Shown here piece by piece: positions 6,208 to 14,533 of a stretch of DNA of 58,670 nucleotides; position 1 is the first letter of the stretch, and each line of letters begins with the position of its first letter. Both the position numbers and the translations under genes were made by a program. Source of the DNA: a virus; the IMG/VR virus record IMGVR_UViG_3300003320_000379, positions 1 through 58,670 of that record. One strand, given 5' to 3'. The notes beneath the pieces are model-generated. The model saw nothing but the letters and a program-made list of their open reading frames with translations, was not told the DNA's origin and searched no databases.

Positions 6208-8843
6208 TAGCTCGCTCCCTGGTCAATGAATCGCTTGCGCAGCAACGTGATCCGCTCCCGCTGGTCCCTGGTCTGCTGGGCGTCGGTGCCCGAACGGCCC
6301 GCCCGGTCGTCCTCTTCGGCCAGGCGCCGGACTTCCGCCATGCTCGGGGCGTCCTCCGCCAGGCGGTCGGTCAAGGTCTCGCTGTACTGGGGGATGGCCC
6401 ACACCGGCAGGGCGTCGCACGCGCAGCCCCGGTGGTCGCCGGGCCGGTACGTGGCGCCCACCCAGGCGTAGCGCGGCTCCGGCACCAGGCGCGGGTCCGC
6501 CCAGCTGCCGAAGCGCTCGCCGTCCAGCTCCTGGTGGGGGTGGAAGTGGTTGCGCGGAGTGACGCCGTACACCCACTCAAACCCCAGCTGTTCCGCGCCT
6601 TCCGCCGCCAGCACGTCGGTGACTTCCTGCCCCAGCGCCAGGCCGCCAACGGGCGCGCCACCGGCGGCCGGGGTGCCGTCGTCGGCCACTCCGCCGGACT
6701 CCGCGCCCGGTCCGCCCAGCAGCGCGAGGGCGCCGCGCACGAGCCCGACCGGCACCAGGTTGCCCGCCGTGTACTCGCCGGGCTCCGCGTCCGGCTCCGG
6801 GTTGTACAGGCGCTTCTCCGCCAGCCGGGTGAGCGCTGACAGCAGGAACTGCCAGGCCGCGCCGCGCCGCTCCGTGAGGCCGTCCTGCAGCCGCTTGGCG
6901 ACGCGCTGGCCGCGCCGGGTGTCCGGCTTCAGCCGCAGCATCCGCAGCACCACGGAGACCACGCCCGCGATGGCCGAATCGGTCCACTGGGTGAAGCGCT
7001 CTTCCAGGCCGCCGAAGGCGTCGGCCAGCAGCTCGTGTTCCTGTACGCCCAGCGCCAGCACCGCGTCCCGGCCCAGGGTCTGGCCGACGGCGAGCGCGTG
7101 CACGCCCTGCAGGCTGGCGGCCACCTTCCGGTCCTTCTGGGCCTTGGACTTGATCCGGGCGCCCGCCTTCTCCAGCGCGCGCTCCATGGCCGCGTCGGCG
7201 GCGTGCTGGATCTGCTCCCGTAGCGCGCGGTCCAGGTCCAGCAGAGCCCGGCCGCCGCGCTCGTCCACCGTCCACTCCGGGCCCCGGTCGGCGGCGGCCA
7301 CGAGCGCCTGGACGAGCCGGACGGCATTCTGGTTGACCGGCGGCGGCGGGGCGCCGTTGTCCGGCGGAGCCTGACCGGGCGCGGTGATCTGGTCCTGCCC
7401 TTCCTGCGGCTGGTCGCCACGCTGGGACGGCACGGAGACCGGGTCCGGCTTCTCCTCCGGCAGGTACTTGTCCCCGCCGAACAGGGCCGCGATCAACAGC
7501 CCGGCGGTGTTGGTGTCCACGCCGATCTTGAACGCGGCCATCCGCAGCACCTCTTCGTCGCTGGGTGCGTCGGATTCGTTGAAGCCCAGCGCGCGCCGCA
7601 GCGTGTCGTAGCCGATGGCGCCACGGTCGTACGCGTCCTTGGCGTCCTGGCCACGGTTCGGGTTCTCCGTGATGTTGCCCGCGTCGTACCAGACCTGAAC
7701 GGTTTTCACGTCGGCTTCGCTGAATCCGCGCGCCAGCAGGGCGGGGCGCAGGAATCCCTCCGTGAGGGAATCAGCGATGATCCGGACGGCCGGGTCAATG
7801 TGGTAGCGGTAGGTGGACGCGTCGATTTGCCAGGCGCTCCAGTGATTCGACTGGCCCAGCCCGGACACGATTTCCGGTGGAATGTCGAGCCCGCGCGCGA
7901 GGCGTTCCAGGCCCTTGTCAATCCGGCCGATGATCTCGGAGGATGTCTCGCGGTCCAGCCGGATGTGCCGGACTTCCTTCAGCTCGTCCTTCGGGCCCCG
8001 GATGACGGCGGGCGCCACCTGGCCGGGCTCGCCCTCATTCGAGATCGGGGCGGTAAGCACGGCCGCCAGATCGGCCATGAACCGGTCGTCGCTCACCAGC
8101 TGCGGGTTGTCGCGCAGCTGCGTCAACAGCGTGAGGGTGTCGGGGACCAGCAGGATGCCGTTCGTGGCGACGCGGGAGCGACTGACCACGCGCAGCTCCT
8201 GGCTGGCCAGCACGATCTCTTCGCACACGTTCAGCAGGCTGCGCATCGGCGAGTCCGCCAGCAGCTTGTACCTGGGGTGGGGAATCCACAGCCGCAGCAT
8301 CTCTTCGCGGGAGGGGTCGATCACGCGGTAGGCGGCTTCGCCGTAGGGGCGGATCGTGATCCGGCCGTCGGCGCCGGGGCGCACCTCCGAAACGGAGTGC
8401 ACCTCCCACTTCTCCTCGCCGTCCTCCTCGTACCCGTGCAGCCACGCTTCGCCGGTGACGCCGAAGTTCTCGTCCAGCACGCCCAGGAAGCTGAACCCGG
8501 CCGACAGTGGCAGGCGGTCCAGCTCTTCCTGCGCGGCCTTGGCCAGCGCCTGCTTGACCGTCACGCCCTTGTCGGCGGTGAGCGGCAGCGGCTCGTCCTC
8601 GTCCGGGACGACCTGCGCGGCCAGGAATTTCACGCGGGCCACGGCGCGGGACCGGAACTGCAGGCCGAAGCGCAGCTCCCCGATCATGTCCCGGTAGCCC
8701 CACGCGTCGTCCTGCCAGTCCTGGCGGGCGGCGGACAGGGTCCGGATGGTGTGGCTGGCGGCGGTGTCCATCCGCATCCCGGATGCCACCATGGTGCGGC
8801 GCTTCCGGTCGCCCTTCGTCGCCGTCCTACCGAACAGCCCCAC
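6207..8843 (-). CDS. portal protein fused to a MuF-like (SPP1 gp7-type) head morphogenesis domain (878 aa)
   Basis: The N-terminal ~480 aa are portal-like (DDAWGYRDMIGELRF..., SNHWSAWQIDASTYRYHIDP). The C-terminus is FEWVYGVTPRNHFHPHQELDGERF...PGDHRGCACD (MuF-type). GTG 8843 follows a GAGAGGTGGTG RBS. Confidence 0.85.
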   Translation of the reverse strand: MGLFGRTATKGDRKRRTMVASGMRMDTAASHTIRTLSAARQDWQDDAWGYRDMIGELRFGLQFRSRAVARVKFLAAQVVPDEDEPLPLTADKGVTVKQALAKAAQEELDRLPLSAGFSFLGVLDENFGVTGEAWLHGYEEDGEEKWEVHSVSEVRPGADGRITIRPYGEAAYRVIDPSREEMLRLWIPHPRYKLLADSPMRSLLNVCEEIVLASQELRVVSRSRVATNGILLVPDTLTLLTQLRDNPQLVSDDRFMADLAAVLTAPISNEGEPGQVAPAVIRGPKDELKEVRHIRLDRETSSEIIGRIDKGLERLARGLDIPPEIVSGLGQSNHWSAWQIDASTYRYHIDPAVRIIADSLTEGFLRPALLARGFSEADVKTVQVWYDAGNITENPNRGQDAKDAYDRGAIGYDTLRRALGFNESDAPSDEEVLRMAAFKIGVDTNTAGLLIAALFGGDKYLPEEKPDPVSVPSQRGDQPQEGQDQITAPGQAPPDNGAPPPPVNQNAVRLVQALVAAADRGPEWTVDERGGRALLDLDRALREQIQHAADAAMERALEKAGARIKSKAQKDRKVAASLQGVHALAVGQTLGRDAVLALGVQEHELLADAFGGLEERFTQWTDSAIAGVVSVVLRMLRLKPDTRRGQRVAKRLQDGLTERRGAAWQFLLSALTRLAEKRLYNPEPDAEPGEYTAGNLVPVGLVRGALALLGGPGAESGGVADDGTPAAGGAPVGGLALGQEVTDVLAAEGAEQLGFEWVYGVTPRNHFHPHQELDGERFGSWADPRLVPEPRYAWVGATYRPGDHRGCACDALPVWAIPQYSETLTDRLAEDAPSMAEVRRLAEEDDRAGRSGTDAQQTRDQRERITLLRKRFIDQGAS

Positions 8844-8856
8844 GGGTCACCACCTC

Positions 8857-9159
8857 TCAACTCTCCCGGCTTGCGATCAGGCCCACCACGGCGCTGATTG
8901 CCAGCGGGACGGCCACCCACTGGAACACGGGCGCGGCCGGGCTGGACGCCACCAGGACGACTCCCAGGGAGATCCAGAACCCGGAGCACCACGGGCAGTC
9001 GACCAGCTCAGACCAGGACCTTGTGCCCCAGCGGGTGAGGACATACTGCCGGAACGCGGGGAGCGGGGGCAGGGAATCGCGGGTCCATAGGCGGGTGAGC
9101 CGGTAGGCCGCCAGCAGGTAGACCAGGGCCCACACGGACGGCACCCAGGCCAGGCTCAC
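8857..9159 (-). CDS. DUF1360-like membrane protein (100 aa)
   Basis: GTGA overlap with 9156..9605; hydrophobic segments and the CPWCSGFW motif. Confidence 0.6.
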   Translation of the reverse strand: MSLAWVPSVWALVYLLAAYRLTRLWTRDSLPPLPAFRQYVLTRWGTRSWSELVDCPWCSGFWISLGVVLVASSPAAPVFQWVAVPLAISAVVGLIASRES

Positions 9160-9605
9160 GCCTCCACCCACCGGACGACGCGCTGGGCGAAGTCGGGGTT
9201 GAACCGGCGTAGCGGCGCGCTGCAGGCGCAGTTCTGGGAAGGGGTGATCACCACGGCGCCCTTGTCGGTGGCCAGGTTGAACCCGTTCCGCGCCATCACC
9301 CCGGTGATCGGCCGGTGCTGCGGCGGCAGGGGCGCCCACCAGTCCGGCGTCCAGCCGTCGGCGGGGGTGGTGCGGTAGACGTACAGGCCGTCCGGGGTGG
9401 CGTAGATCTTGCAGTCGCGCCAGATCTCGCCGGTGTCCGGCAGGCGAATGGCGGCGCGCATCCAGACGGCCATCTGCGCCTGGGGGTGCGGGATGGTCTC
9501 GACGGCCAGCGCGGTGAGCGTGTCGGCCTGTTCGCTGCCCATCTCGATCGTGGCGGGCGCGTCCGGGCGGGGTGCTGCGGCGCGGCGGCGGGGTGAGGTT
9601 GCCAT
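9156..9605 (-). CDS. hypothetical protein (149 aa)
   Basis: Track ORF, ATG 9605; follows hairpin 9622-9663. Confidence 0.65.
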   Translation of the reverse strand: MATSPRRRAAAPRPDAPATIEMGSEQADTLTALAVETIPHPQAQMAVWMRAAIRLPDTGEIWRDCKIYATPDGLYVYRTTPADGWTPDWWAPLPPQHRPITGVMARNGFNLATDKGAVVITPSQNCACSAPLRRFNPDFAQRVVRWVEA

Positions 9606-9621
9606 GGCCGGAGTCTACGGC

Positions 9622-9663
9622 AGAGTCCCCGCACCGTGGGGTGTTCCACGGGGCGGGGACTCT
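9622..9663 (-). terminator. GC-rich hairpin (11-bp stem)
   Basis: agagtccccgc / gcggggactct with a nested ccgtgg/ccacgg pair, after the stop at 9674. Confidence 0.45.
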
Positions 9664-9673
9664 CGGGTGCTGA

Positions 9674-9880
9674 TCAGCTCTTCGGCGGCTTGGCGGCCTG
9701 GTTGGCTTCCAGGATGAGGTAGCCGAACGCCACCAGGGTGACGCCCAGGCCGATCACGAGCGCCTGCCAGCTCAGCAGCACGATCGACACCACCACGGTG
9801 CCGACGAACGCCACGATCAGCAGGAAGACGGCGCGTGCGACGGCGACGGGCAGCGGCTCCGCCGGAACCCGGGCCTTCAC
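9674..9880 (-). CDS. small membrane protein (68 aa, 2 predicted TM)
   Basis: GTGA overlap with 9877..10317; AVARAVFLLIVAFVGTVVVSIVLLSWQALVIGLGVTLVAFGYLIL. Confidence 0.6.
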   Translation of the reverse strand: MKARVPAEPLPVAVARAVFLLIVAFVGTVVVSIVLLSWQALVIGLGVTLVAFGYLILEANQAAKPPKS

Positions 9881-10317
9881 GCTGCCCCCAGGGTGGGGAA
9901 CTCCGTCGAGCGCCGGGCGCCGTTCGGGTAGTGCACGGCGGCCAGGAACTGCCCGGGGTGGCCGTGCTCGTCCTCGATCTTCCGGAAGACGTGCACGGCG
10001 CCCTTGACGGCGGCGTAGACGTAGTCCGTGCCGGAGCTGTCCGGGTAGTCGTGCGGCCACTCGTCACCCTCGGAGGCGATCGTGGCCATGGGCTCGTCTG
10101 TGGGCGCCTCCGCCGCGTCGCGCAGCGCGTCCTCCACGATCCTGACGAACGTGTCGTCGGTGTAGGTCTGGCCCATGATGGCCGGGCCGAACAGGTCCAG
10201 GTCGTCCATCATGGCCGGGCTGCCGTCGTCCAGCAGGCTGCCCAGGTACTTGGCGTCCGGACCGGTGCCCAGGTAGAAGTCCGCTGTGGACACTTCGCCT
10301 CCTAAGTCGTTACTCAC
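9877..10317 (-). CDS. hypothetical strongly acidic protein (146 aa)
   Basis: Track ORF, GTG 10317; rich in D/E (…MMDDLDLF…EGDEWPHDYPDSSGTDY…). Confidence 0.65.
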   Translation of the reverse strand: MSNDLGGEVSTADFYLGTGPDAKYLGSLLDDGSPAMMDDLDLFGPAIMGQTYTDDTFVRIVEDALRDAAEAPTDEPMATIASEGDEWPHDYPDSSGTDYVYAAVKGAVHVFRKIEDEHGHPGQFLAAVHYPNGARRSTEFPTLGAA

Positions 10318-10324
10318 GGTTACA

Positions 10325-11161
10325 CTACTTCAGCTGGAAAGACTCCGGGCGGTAGCCCAGGCGCGGCTGCTGCAGCCGCTGCACCACCCGACCCGCGCGC
10401 TTGCTGTTCCAGGCGCTCACGTACAGCGCCAGCTCCTCCAGCGTGGTCAGGCGGTCCCGGTCCTTGCGCTTCAGCAGCGCGTCCCGGAGGGCGAACACGG
10501 GGTCGCCCACCGCCAACTCCGCGCCGGAGGCCAGCTTGCGGAAGAACTCGTGGCATAGCGCGGTGTCGATCTCCTCCGCGAAAAAGTGCACGGCGCCCGC
10601 GACCGGCACGCGGCCCCGGACGCGCGAGTACTGCGCCTTGGCGGCGGCCACCGCGCGGGCCATCTGGTCCTTGTGCTCGCTGCAGAACGCCACGATCTCC
10701 GGGTTCGACGGCACCAGGATGTTGGTGGTCAGGTCCTCCGCGTCCCAGCGGATGGCCAGGCGCGCGATGGACGCCCAGTCCCGGGCCGACTTCTCCGTCA
10801 GCTTGGAAATCTGCACCTGGTCGCCGGGCTGGCGGCCGGAGCCCTGGTCCACGTAGAGCTGGGCTTCGGGGTGGAATCCGCGCATCACCAGCAGTGTCTG
10901 ACTGGTGCCGGAGCGCCGGATGGCGATCAGCCGGTGCTGGCCGTCGATCAGGCGGCCGGTGTCGTCGAACCGCACCGGGTCGCCGACGAAACGGAACTCG
11001 TCCAGCTCCATGGCGCGTGTGATCTTGGACAGGTTGCCCTTTTTCGTGTTGCGGTTGTTGTCGTTGAGCTTCAACCACTCGGCCGCCAGGTCCGGGCCGA
11101 CCTCCACGAACTCCAGCGTAATCGTCTGCCCGTCGATCACCCGGGTGAGCTTGTCTCCCAT
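10325..11161 (-). CDS. ParB/Srx-fold protein with DGQHR motif (278 aa)
   Basis: NNRNTKKGNLSKITRAMELDEF...GRLIDGQHRLIAI matches the ParB N-terminal domain pattern; ATG 11161 after GAAGGAAGGGAG. Confidence 0.6.
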   Translation of the reverse strand: MGDKLTRVIDGQTITLEFVEVGPDLAAEWLKLNDNNRNTKKGNLSKITRAMELDEFRFVGDPVRFDDTGRLIDGQHRLIAIRRSGTSQTLLVMRGFHPEAQLYVDQGSGRQPGDQVQISKLTEKSARDWASIARLAIRWDAEDLTTNILVPSNPEIVAFCSEHKDQMARAVAAAKAQYSRVRGRVPVAGAVHFFAEEIDTALCHEFFRKLASGAELAVGDPVFALRDALLKRKDRDRLTTLEELALYVSAWNSKRAGRVVQRLQQPRLGYRPESFQLK

Positions 11162-11183
11162 CGGGCTCCCTTCCTTCGTCGTT

Positions 11184-11212
11184 CGGCCCGGCGGGAAGTC
11201 CCCGCCGGGCCG
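11184..11212 (-). terminator. GC-rich hairpin (12-bp stem, 5-nt loop)
   Basis: cggcccggcggg aagtc cccgccgggccg between the stop at 11226 and the start at 11161. Confidence 0.45.
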
Positions 11213-11225
11213 TCCTTCGTCCGCG

Positions 11226-11570
11226 TCAGTCCGCGAAGTACCAGCGCGGGAAGTAGTACACGACCCCCGGCCCGGTGCCCGTGTCGCGCACCGCGTCGAA
11301 CAGGTTCACTACCACGTCCAGGGCGTCGTCCACGCGCCCTTCCGCGTCGAACCCGGAGTCGAGCGGCCCCACGTCCTCGCTGCGGTCCACGGCGTGGAAG
11401 GCGGCCTGCTTGGACACCTCGACGGCGAACATGGCCAGCTGGCGCGACTCGTCCAGCCGGACGGCCGGAGCACCGGCGAACTCGAACACGTCGCCGTGGT
11501 GGCCGCCCATGTTCTCCAGCGCGGCGGTGAGCCAGGCCAGCGGGATGTGGTTCTGCTTCAGCTTCTGCAT
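11226..11570 (-). CDS. hypothetical protein (114 aa)
   Basis: ATG 11570 after the leader ...GCGGAACAACGACGAACGAGGAGAACCGCG; 38 nt from module 11609-11637. Confidence 0.7.
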   Translation of the reverse strand: MQKLKQNHIPLAWLTAALENMGGHHGDVFEFAGAPAVRLDESRQLAMFAVEVSKQAAFHAVDRSEDVGPLDSGFDAEGRVDDALDVVVNLFDAVRDTGTGPGVVYYFPRWYFAD

Positions 11571-11608
11571 CGCGGTTCTCCTCGTTCGTCGTTGTTCCGC
11601 TGAAGATG

Positions 11609-11637
11609 AATCTACCCCCCAGTGGGGGGTGTGTCAA
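11609..11637 (-). promoter_or_regulatory. promoter-like module copy
   Basis: minus strand TTGACACACCCCCCACTGGGGGGTAGATT; the upstream gene's TGA lies inside the TTGACA. Confidence 0.65.
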
Positions 11638-11834
11638 GCCCCGAGCTGCCAGACCCGCCCGACCACCACGCCCGCGTGGCAGAACCGGCAGATCAGCATG
11701 GGCACGCTCTGCAGTGGCTCCCCGCGCACTGGCACCGGACGCACGGCGAGGCCCGGCAGCCCGCACTCCCCGCACGGCAGGTTGCCGGACGGGCGCCCGC
11801 CCGCCGGGGTCCGCTTCGTGTACTGGTTGACCAT
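11634..11834 (-). CDS. small zinc-ribbon-like protein (66 aa)
   Basis: CGEC...CRFC Cys pairs; ATG 11834 after GGAAAGGACACCG. Confidence 0.6.
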   Translation of the reverse strand: MVNQYTKRTPAGGRPSGNLPCGECGLPGLAVRPVPVRGEPLQSVPMLICRFCHAGVVVGRVWQLGA

Positions 11835-11856
11835 CGGTGTCCTTTCCGGACGACAG

Positions 11857-11885
11857 CGGGGGCGGCCCGCGTGGACCGCCCCCGG
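11857..11885 (-). terminator. GC-rich hairpin (9-bp stem)
   Basis: cgggggcgg / ccgcccccg after the TAG at 11893. Confidence 0.4.
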
Positions 11886-11892
11886 TTGGTGA

Positions 11893-12480
11893 CTAGTTGT
11901 CGAACACGAGCGGCGCCCAGGGCGGCAGCTCCGTGTCCACGATCTTCACGTCGTTGGCCTTCAGGCGGCTCACGAGCGGCACCACGGCAGCCCGGCAGTT
12001 CACCGCGCCGGAGAGGCCCGTCCCGCCGCCCACGATCTTGACCTCTGCACGCACCTCCGCCGTGCCGACCTTGAAGCCCTTGGCCCGCATGTTCTTGACG
12101 AAGGTGGCCTGCTTGGTAGCGCGGGACTCGTTCAGGAACCGCTTGCCGAACTTCTCCGCCGCCGCGTCGTTCAGCACCCAGTACGGCCCGTACTGGCCCC
12201 ACTTGTAATGGGTGCTGGCGATCTCGCCCGTCTCCGCGTCCAGCAACACCGGGACGGTGGTCAGGCCGCGCGCCTTGCACAGCTCCACGGCCGCGCCGTC
12301 GGCGTCCCCACCCAGGCGGCTGGCCCACTGGGACAGGAAGCCGTCGGTGTCGCAGCGCTCGAATGACTCGTGGGCCCGGTCGTACTCGGCCTTCATGCTG
12401 GCCTGCAGCTCTTCGGCGAGGGCATCCCACTCAGCGTCGGTGCGGTCGGTGTTCCAGTTCACGGAGGCGTAGGTGGCCAT
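11893..12480 (-). CDS. hypothetical protein (195 aa)
   Basis: ATG 12480 after the leader ...CAGGAACAACCGCAAGGGAGAACCGGAC; 40 nt from module 12521-12550. Confidence 0.7.
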   Translation of the reverse strand: MATYASVNWNTDRTDAEWDALAEELQASMKAEYDRAHESFERCDTDGFLSQWASRLGGDADGAAVELCKARGLTTVPVLLDAETGEIASTHYKWGQYGPYWVLNDAAAEKFGKRFLNESRATKQATFVKNMRAKGFKVGTAEVRAEVKIVGGGTGLSGAVNCRAAVVPLVSRLKANDVKIVDTELPPWAPLVFDN

Positions 12481-12520
12481 GTCCGGTTCTCCCTTGCGGT
12501 TGTTCCTGTTGACATGAAGA

Positions 12521-12550
12521 ACTCTACCCCTCGCTGGGGGGTAGAGTCAA
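12521..12550 (-). promoter_or_regulatory. promoter-like module copy, extended-palindrome variant
   Basis: minus strand TTGACTCTACCCCCCAGCGAGGGGTAGAGT; the arms extend to ACTCTACCCC / GGGGTAGAGT, so TAGAGT reads on both strands. Confidence 0.6.
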
Positions 12551-12559
12551 CACCCTTTC

Positions 12560-12832
12560 TCAATCTTCGTCGTTCACCCAGTTGTAGTGGGGCTCCCAGG
12601 CCACGTGTTCCAGCAGCTCAGCGGCGGTGTGCGCCGTCCGCAGGTGCTCCCGAAAAAGGTCCGTCCAGACCTCTTTCTGGTCGTCCCCGTACGCCTCGCG
12701 GCGGAGGCGCGGGTGCCACGTCGGCCGGTAGTCGTCCGGCGGCTCCGGCAGCGTCACCGTGAAGTCGCAGCCGCCCGGCAGCTCCGCCAGCGGACAGGGC
12801 AGCACCTCCGCGCGCTTGATCTCGTCCGTCAT
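12560..12832 (-). CDS. hypothetical protein (90 aa)
   Basis: ATGA overlap with 12829..13332; MTDEIKRAEVLPCPLAELPGGCDF... Confidence 0.6.
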   Translation of the reverse strand: MTDEIKRAEVLPCPLAELPGGCDFTVTLPEPPDDYRPTWHPRLRREAYGDDQKEVWTDLFREHLRTAHTAAELLEHVAWEPHYNWVNDED

Positions 12833-13332
12833 GCTTTCGGCCTTCCGTTCTCGTCCTGGTAGTGGTCGTCCAGCGTCACCGCGCCGTCGGTGTGCACGTA
12901 GAGCCCGGCCCGGCCGTACGCGCGCGCGGCCGCCTGCAGGGTCTCCGCGCTGGGCCCGGCGCCTGCCTTGACGAAGGCGTCGGCGGTGAGGCAGTCCCGG
13001 CTCACGCCGAACGCGTCCCCCAGGGCCGCCCAGGCGCCCTCTTCGGTCCCTCCCTGCCCGGCAGCCCGCCAGCGCGCTGCCGCGTCCAGGTGGGCGTACT
13101 GGGCCCGCCGGAAGGACTCCGCGACGCGGAACAGCCGGACCACGGCCAGGGGCTCGACGCGCCGCGTGGAGACGTACGTCCGAATGTCCTCGCCGTGCCG
13201 GGGCGCGTACACCCAGCAGTTGCGACGGCACATGCCGTACAAGTAGCCGGACAGGAACGCCCGTCGGTTCGCGTTGTCCCGCCGGAGCTGGGCGCGGCGG
13301 CGGTTCTCCGCCACCTCCGCGTCGGTAGCCAT
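12829..13332 (-). CDS. hypothetical protein (167 aa)
   Basis: Track ORF, ATG 13332; follows hairpin 13358-13384. Confidence 0.65.
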   Translation of the reverse strand: MATDAEVAENRRRAQLRRDNANRRAFLSGYLYGMCRRNCWVYAPRHGEDIRTYVSTRRVEPLAVVRLFRVAESFRRAQYAHLDAAARWRAAGQGGTEEGAWAALGDAFGVSRDCLTADAFVKAGAGPSAETLQAAARAYGRAGLYVHTDGAVTLDDHYQDENGRPKA

Positions 13333-13357
13333 CGTGTGCCCTCCCTGGGCGGTTGGG

Positions 13358-13384
13358 CCGGGGCGGCTGGCGGGCCGCCCCGGC
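13358..13384 (-). terminator. GC-rich hairpin (11-bp stem)
   Basis: gccggggcggc / gccgccccggc after the stop at 13391. Confidence 0.4.
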
Positions 13385-13390
13385 GGGGTG

Positions 13391-13657
13391 TCACAGGCCG
13401 AAGGTCCGTTCGAACTTCTCCGCGTAGGTCTCCGTCTCCGTGGCGGGCATCGGGACCGCGATGTTCAGGCACTTTTCGCAGTTCACCGGGGCGGCACCCA
13501 CCCGGTTGTAGGCGGAGCGGCTGCGCTGGCCACACAGGGGCCGGAGGCGGGGAGAGTAGTCCGCCGCGTTCGAGTCGGTGTAGTGGATCACCGGGGCGCC
13601 AGCCTTGTATCCGGAGCCGAAGATCTTGTGGAGCTTGGCGGGGGCGGTGGTGGCCAT
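13391..13657 (-). CDS. hypothetical protein (88 aa)
   Basis: ATG 13657 after the leader ...CAGGAACGACCGACAGGGAGAACCGAA; 38 nt from module 13696-13726. Confidence 0.7.
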   Translation of the reverse strand: MATTAPAKLHKIFGSGYKAGAPVIHYTDSNAADYSPRLRPLCGQRSRSAYNRVGAAPVNCEKCLNIAVPMPATETETYAEKFERTFGL

Positions 13658-13695
13658 TTCGGTTCTCCCTGTCGGTCGTTCCTGCTGATAAGAGA

Positions 13696-13726
13696 ACTAT
13701 ACCCCCCGGTGGGGGGTGTCCGTCAA
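13696..13726 (-). promoter_or_regulatory. promoter-like module copy
   Basis: minus strand TTGACGGACACCCCCCACCGGGGGGTATAGT; sits immediately downstream of terminator 13737-13781. Confidence 0.6.
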
Positions 13727-13736
13727 TGGGGTAGCC

Positions 13737-13781
13737 AAAAAAAGTTGGGGGAGGCAGCGCGCCCCGTTGGCTGCCTCCCCC
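13737..13781 (-). terminator. canonical rho-independent terminator
   Basis: minus strand GGGGGAGGCAGC-(11-nt loop)-GCTGCCTCCCCC followed by AACTTTTTTT; starts 20 nt after the TAG at 13802. Confidence 0.8.
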
Positions 13782-13801
13782 GTCCCGGACCGTCCGGGAG
13801 C

Positions 13802-14230
13802 CTACTTGCCCTGCTCAGCGCGCCGGGCCAGCGCCACCAGCATCCGGTCCCCGAACTCCGTCGGGGTGACCAGCTGCGGGTAGTCCATGGGCCGGTCGTC
13901 GATCAGCATCATGGGCACGCCGTTGAACACGATCATGTCGCCCTCTTCCAGGTCCACGACCTGGGCGGGCCGGGCCTGCGGGTGGGCGGAGATCACGGTG
14001 GCCTGGGGGATCATCGCGGCGTACGGGCCGGGCAGGACCGGGCCCTGGTAGACGCGGCGGCACTCGCCCTTCGGACCGACGTAGAGCAGGGAGAAGCGCT
14101 CCACGCGCCGGGTGTAGCGGGAGTGCGCGCGGTACTCGATCCACTCGCCGGTGCCGTTGAACTGGTCGACGCTCACCCACTGGTCGGTGTCGTCGTAGTG
14201 AGGGGTCAGGCGGGCGGTGGTGAACTTCAT
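13802..14230 (-). CDS. hypothetical protein (142 aa)
   Basis: ATG 14230 (MKFTTARLTPHYDD...) after ...GGGAACAACGACTCACGGAGGACCCGGCC; the longer track ORF start lies inside the promoter module. Confidence 0.7.
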   Translation of the reverse strand: MKFTTARLTPHYDDTDQWVSVDQFNGTGEWIEYRAHSRYTRRVERFSLLYVGPKGECRRVYQGPVLPGPYAAMIPQATVISAHPQARPAQVVDLEEGDMIVFNGVPMMLIDDRPMDYPQLVTPTEFGDRMLVALARRAEQGK

Positions 14231-14272
14231 GGCCGGGTCCTCCGTGAGTCGTTGTTCCCTGTTGGTGTGTTC

Positions 14273-14302
14273 AGTTTGCCCCCCGGCGGGGGGTCTTGTC
14301 AA
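14273..14302 (-). promoter_or_regulatory. promoter-like module copy
   Basis: minus strand TTGACAAGACCCCCCGCCGGGGGGCAAACT; 42-nt leader. Confidence 0.55.
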
Positions 14303-14320
14303 CCCCCCGCCGGAACTTTC

Positions 14321-14533
14321 TCAGCTCTCGTCCGCGTTGAAGCTCACCCACTGCAGGGTGCAGTCCTCCGCGTCCTCTGTCCGGACCTCCGCCACCTTGC
14401 GGATGCCGTAGCCGGTGACCTCGATCCGCTGGCCCTGGGTGATCCGGGGCGCGGTCTCCGTGGTCTTGATCAGGGTCACTCCGGCGCCGTTGTGAGTGAG
14501 CTTCAGCAGGCAGGTGCGGAGGGGCTTGGCCAT
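14321..14533 (-). CDS. hypothetical protein (70 aa)
   Basis: ATG 14533 after ...CATCAGGAACAACCGAGCAAGGGAGAACCCG; 37 nt from module 14571-14599. Confidence 0.7.
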   Translation of the reverse strand: MAKPLRTCLLKLTHNGAGVTLIKTTETAPRITQGQRIEVTGYGIRKVAEVRTEDAEDCTLQWVSFNADES

